From positions 523,107-587,106 of the forward strand of contig JAAOMT010000213.1 of the NCBI GenBank assembly GCA_016748015.1: 64,000 bases of DNA, in the 5' to 3' direction. Numbering within the stretch: the stretch's first letter is position 1; the number at the start of each line of letters is the position of its first letter. Source of the DNA: Geosiphon pyriformis uo1. Taxonomy: Eukaryota; Fungi; Glomeromycota. The notes beneath the pieces are model-generated. The model ran no database searches, was not told where the DNA came from, and saw nothing but the letters and a program-made list of their open reading frames with translations. Below are positions 62,358 through 64,000 of this stretch, one piece after another. Both the position numbers and the translations under genes were made by a program.

Positions 62358-63174
62358 AAGTTTACCTAATTTTTGTTATAGCTTTCGAATTTCACATCCT
62401 GAATATTTTGTAGCTTATTTTTGTTGATCAAAAATAAAATTTCAGACAAATTTATCATCCCTCTTCCATTTCTCACTAGTTAAACCATAAGAGGTATAAC
62501 TCTCTGAAGTGATCCATGAATGTTAACAAATATTGTAGAAATGAGGCAATTTTTTTAGGCAAGTCAAATTTATATACTATTAACTGAGAGGCTGGAGGGT
62601 TATGATAAACTATAAATTATCGTTCCATATTCTTTCCAAACTACCTATTTGCCACTAAACATCTTTGGATTTTATCTCCCACCTAAGATATATAATTATT
62701 TCTAAAAGGTTGTTAGGATATTTAAAGGTTAAGTTGTTTCCACACTAATTTTTTGAAAGGATAAAAAATGAAAATATACAATATTAGCGAGTGTTCCGAA
62801 GATCCAAACGCCCTAGCCCAAAATATTTAATAATACAAAGTTCTACCGGATTGAACGGCAGGAAATTGAAAAATGTGTACAAGAAAGCAAAATTTGAAAA
62901 TTCCTGAAATCAGTTCAAAGGTTTTGTGTGTGAAATGACACACAAAACTCGGATAATTGGAAGGCGTTGGACTCCTGAGCCTTAAAGTGTAGGAGATAGA
63001 TGCAGATGCGGATGGTAGAATATAGTGAGATATTAAACTCGAATTCCCAGCCCAGATCTTCGAATAATGCAATGTTTTATGGTGTTGCAAAGTTGAAGAG
63101 ATATAGATAACCTTCTCCTTCTAACTTGTTCTTCAGGAATATCAGGAAAGCTCGCGGTGCGTAAAAATGTTAAG

Positions 63175-64000
63175 CTACCGTTCATGAGTATCGGCATAAC
63201 CATTGATATGGCCATTTAGATATCCATTCATTGGATAACCATTTATGTAACCATTTTCTTCGGTGCTTACGTGACCATTTTCATATCCATGTGCGTACCC
63301 ATTTGTATACCCATTTGTATGCCCATTTGCATATTCATCCTTATAAAAATGCATAGATTCTTCAGATTGATCGTTTGTGACTCCATTTCCATCTCCAATA
63401 ATGTATCCATTCACATAGCCATTGGGATACCCATCATTGACCTTTCCAATAACTAAAAGCTCTTCGCTATCATGATTAACGTATAGTGGGTATAAAGGCC
63501 CATTTACATAGAATCCGTAATTATTACCCGGATGGTGAGGATGAATAGGATGTGGGGGAGCCAATTGAATATTATTATTCCATTCATGTTCGTCACCATC
63601 ATGGCTCATTGATCTTCTGGCTAGTTGCAAACTGCCCAGTACGTAGTAATCCAAAATTGCAAACACTGAGGTAATTAAAACACTTATACGAAAGCCCATG
63701 TTCACCCAATATCCATTTTTGAGCATATGAAAGTTTTCGTAAGGTCCAGCACTTTCAAATCTGGTTAGACCTAACACTCGGACTAGGGCGGGTAAAGAAG
63801 AGCTTATTACCAACAACAAAGCAACATTGCCGATAGTTTTTTGCATGTTCATCCTCTCCCATCGGGGCCTTAATTGCGCAAAAGGCCTTTTCGAGTATAC
63901 ACCAATGATGGTCGCCAAGGTGAAATAAAGTATTAAGGCAATCTCACTGAGCCTGCCTAAAGCACCAAAGATTTTGAGAAAAGAAGAAGTCTGTTTACCA
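63175..64000 (-). CDS. LMBR1-family membrane protein, 3' part (runs off the window), with an NGY/NGH-repeat tail
   Basis: EIALILYFTLATIIGVYS...MNMQKTIGNVALLLVISSSLPALVRVLGLTRF matches the LMBR1/LIMR C-terminal motif pattern. Confidence 0.8.
   Translation of the reverse strand, partial: GKQTSSFLKIFGALGRLSEIALILYFTLATIIGVYSKRPFAQLRPRWERMNMQKTIGNVALLLVISSSLPALVRVLGLTRFESAGPYENFHMLKNGYWVNMGFRISVLITSVFAILDYYVLGSLQLARRSMSHDGDEHEWNNNIQLAPPHPIHPHHPGNNYGFYVNGPLYPLYVNHDSEELLVIGKVNDGYPNGYVNGYIIGDGNGVTNDQSEESMHFYKDEYANGHTNGYTNGYAHGYENGHVSTEENGYINGYPMNGYLNGHINGYADTHER

Noticed and set aside
62827-63456. ORFs 62827-63090, 63033-63215 and 63271-63456
   Set aside because: No motifs; they overlap the 3' region or antisense strand of the LMBR1-like gene

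Overview
AT-rich eukaryotic, fungal DNA. Intron style, gene content and element types point to an early-diverging fungus. It resembles Glomeromycotina such as Geosiphon, but that is recollection and is not verified. About 59 kb is one nested retroelement pile. It holds five complete but point-mutated Ty3/Gypsy LTR retrotransposons (B1 3010-43214 +, containing A1 4996-24808 -, which contains A2 11178-21053 -, and B2 29394-39574 -; plus A3 45112-54981 +) and the 3' part of a sixth element, C (1-3005 +). All sit inside a cluster of LINE-ORF1-like elements at three stages of erosion (43215-59460). The right end carries two host genes: a 7-exon sterol C14-reductase (ERG24, 60559-62357 +) and the 3' end of an LMBR1-family gene (63175 to beyond 64000, -). 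The Gypsy elements share an unusual, retrovirus-like plan. First comes a GTG-initiated single ORF (helical N-domain, capsid, CCHC knuckle, protease, Cys-rich domain, dUTPase, dUTPase-like domain, RT, RNase H). Integrase follows as a separate ATG-initiated ORF, and then a conserved non-Env ORF3 before the PPT. All five resolvable target-site duplications are 4 bp and consistent with a central CpG (NCGN; inferred for B1), suggesting CpG-directed, possibly methyl-CpG-directed, integration.
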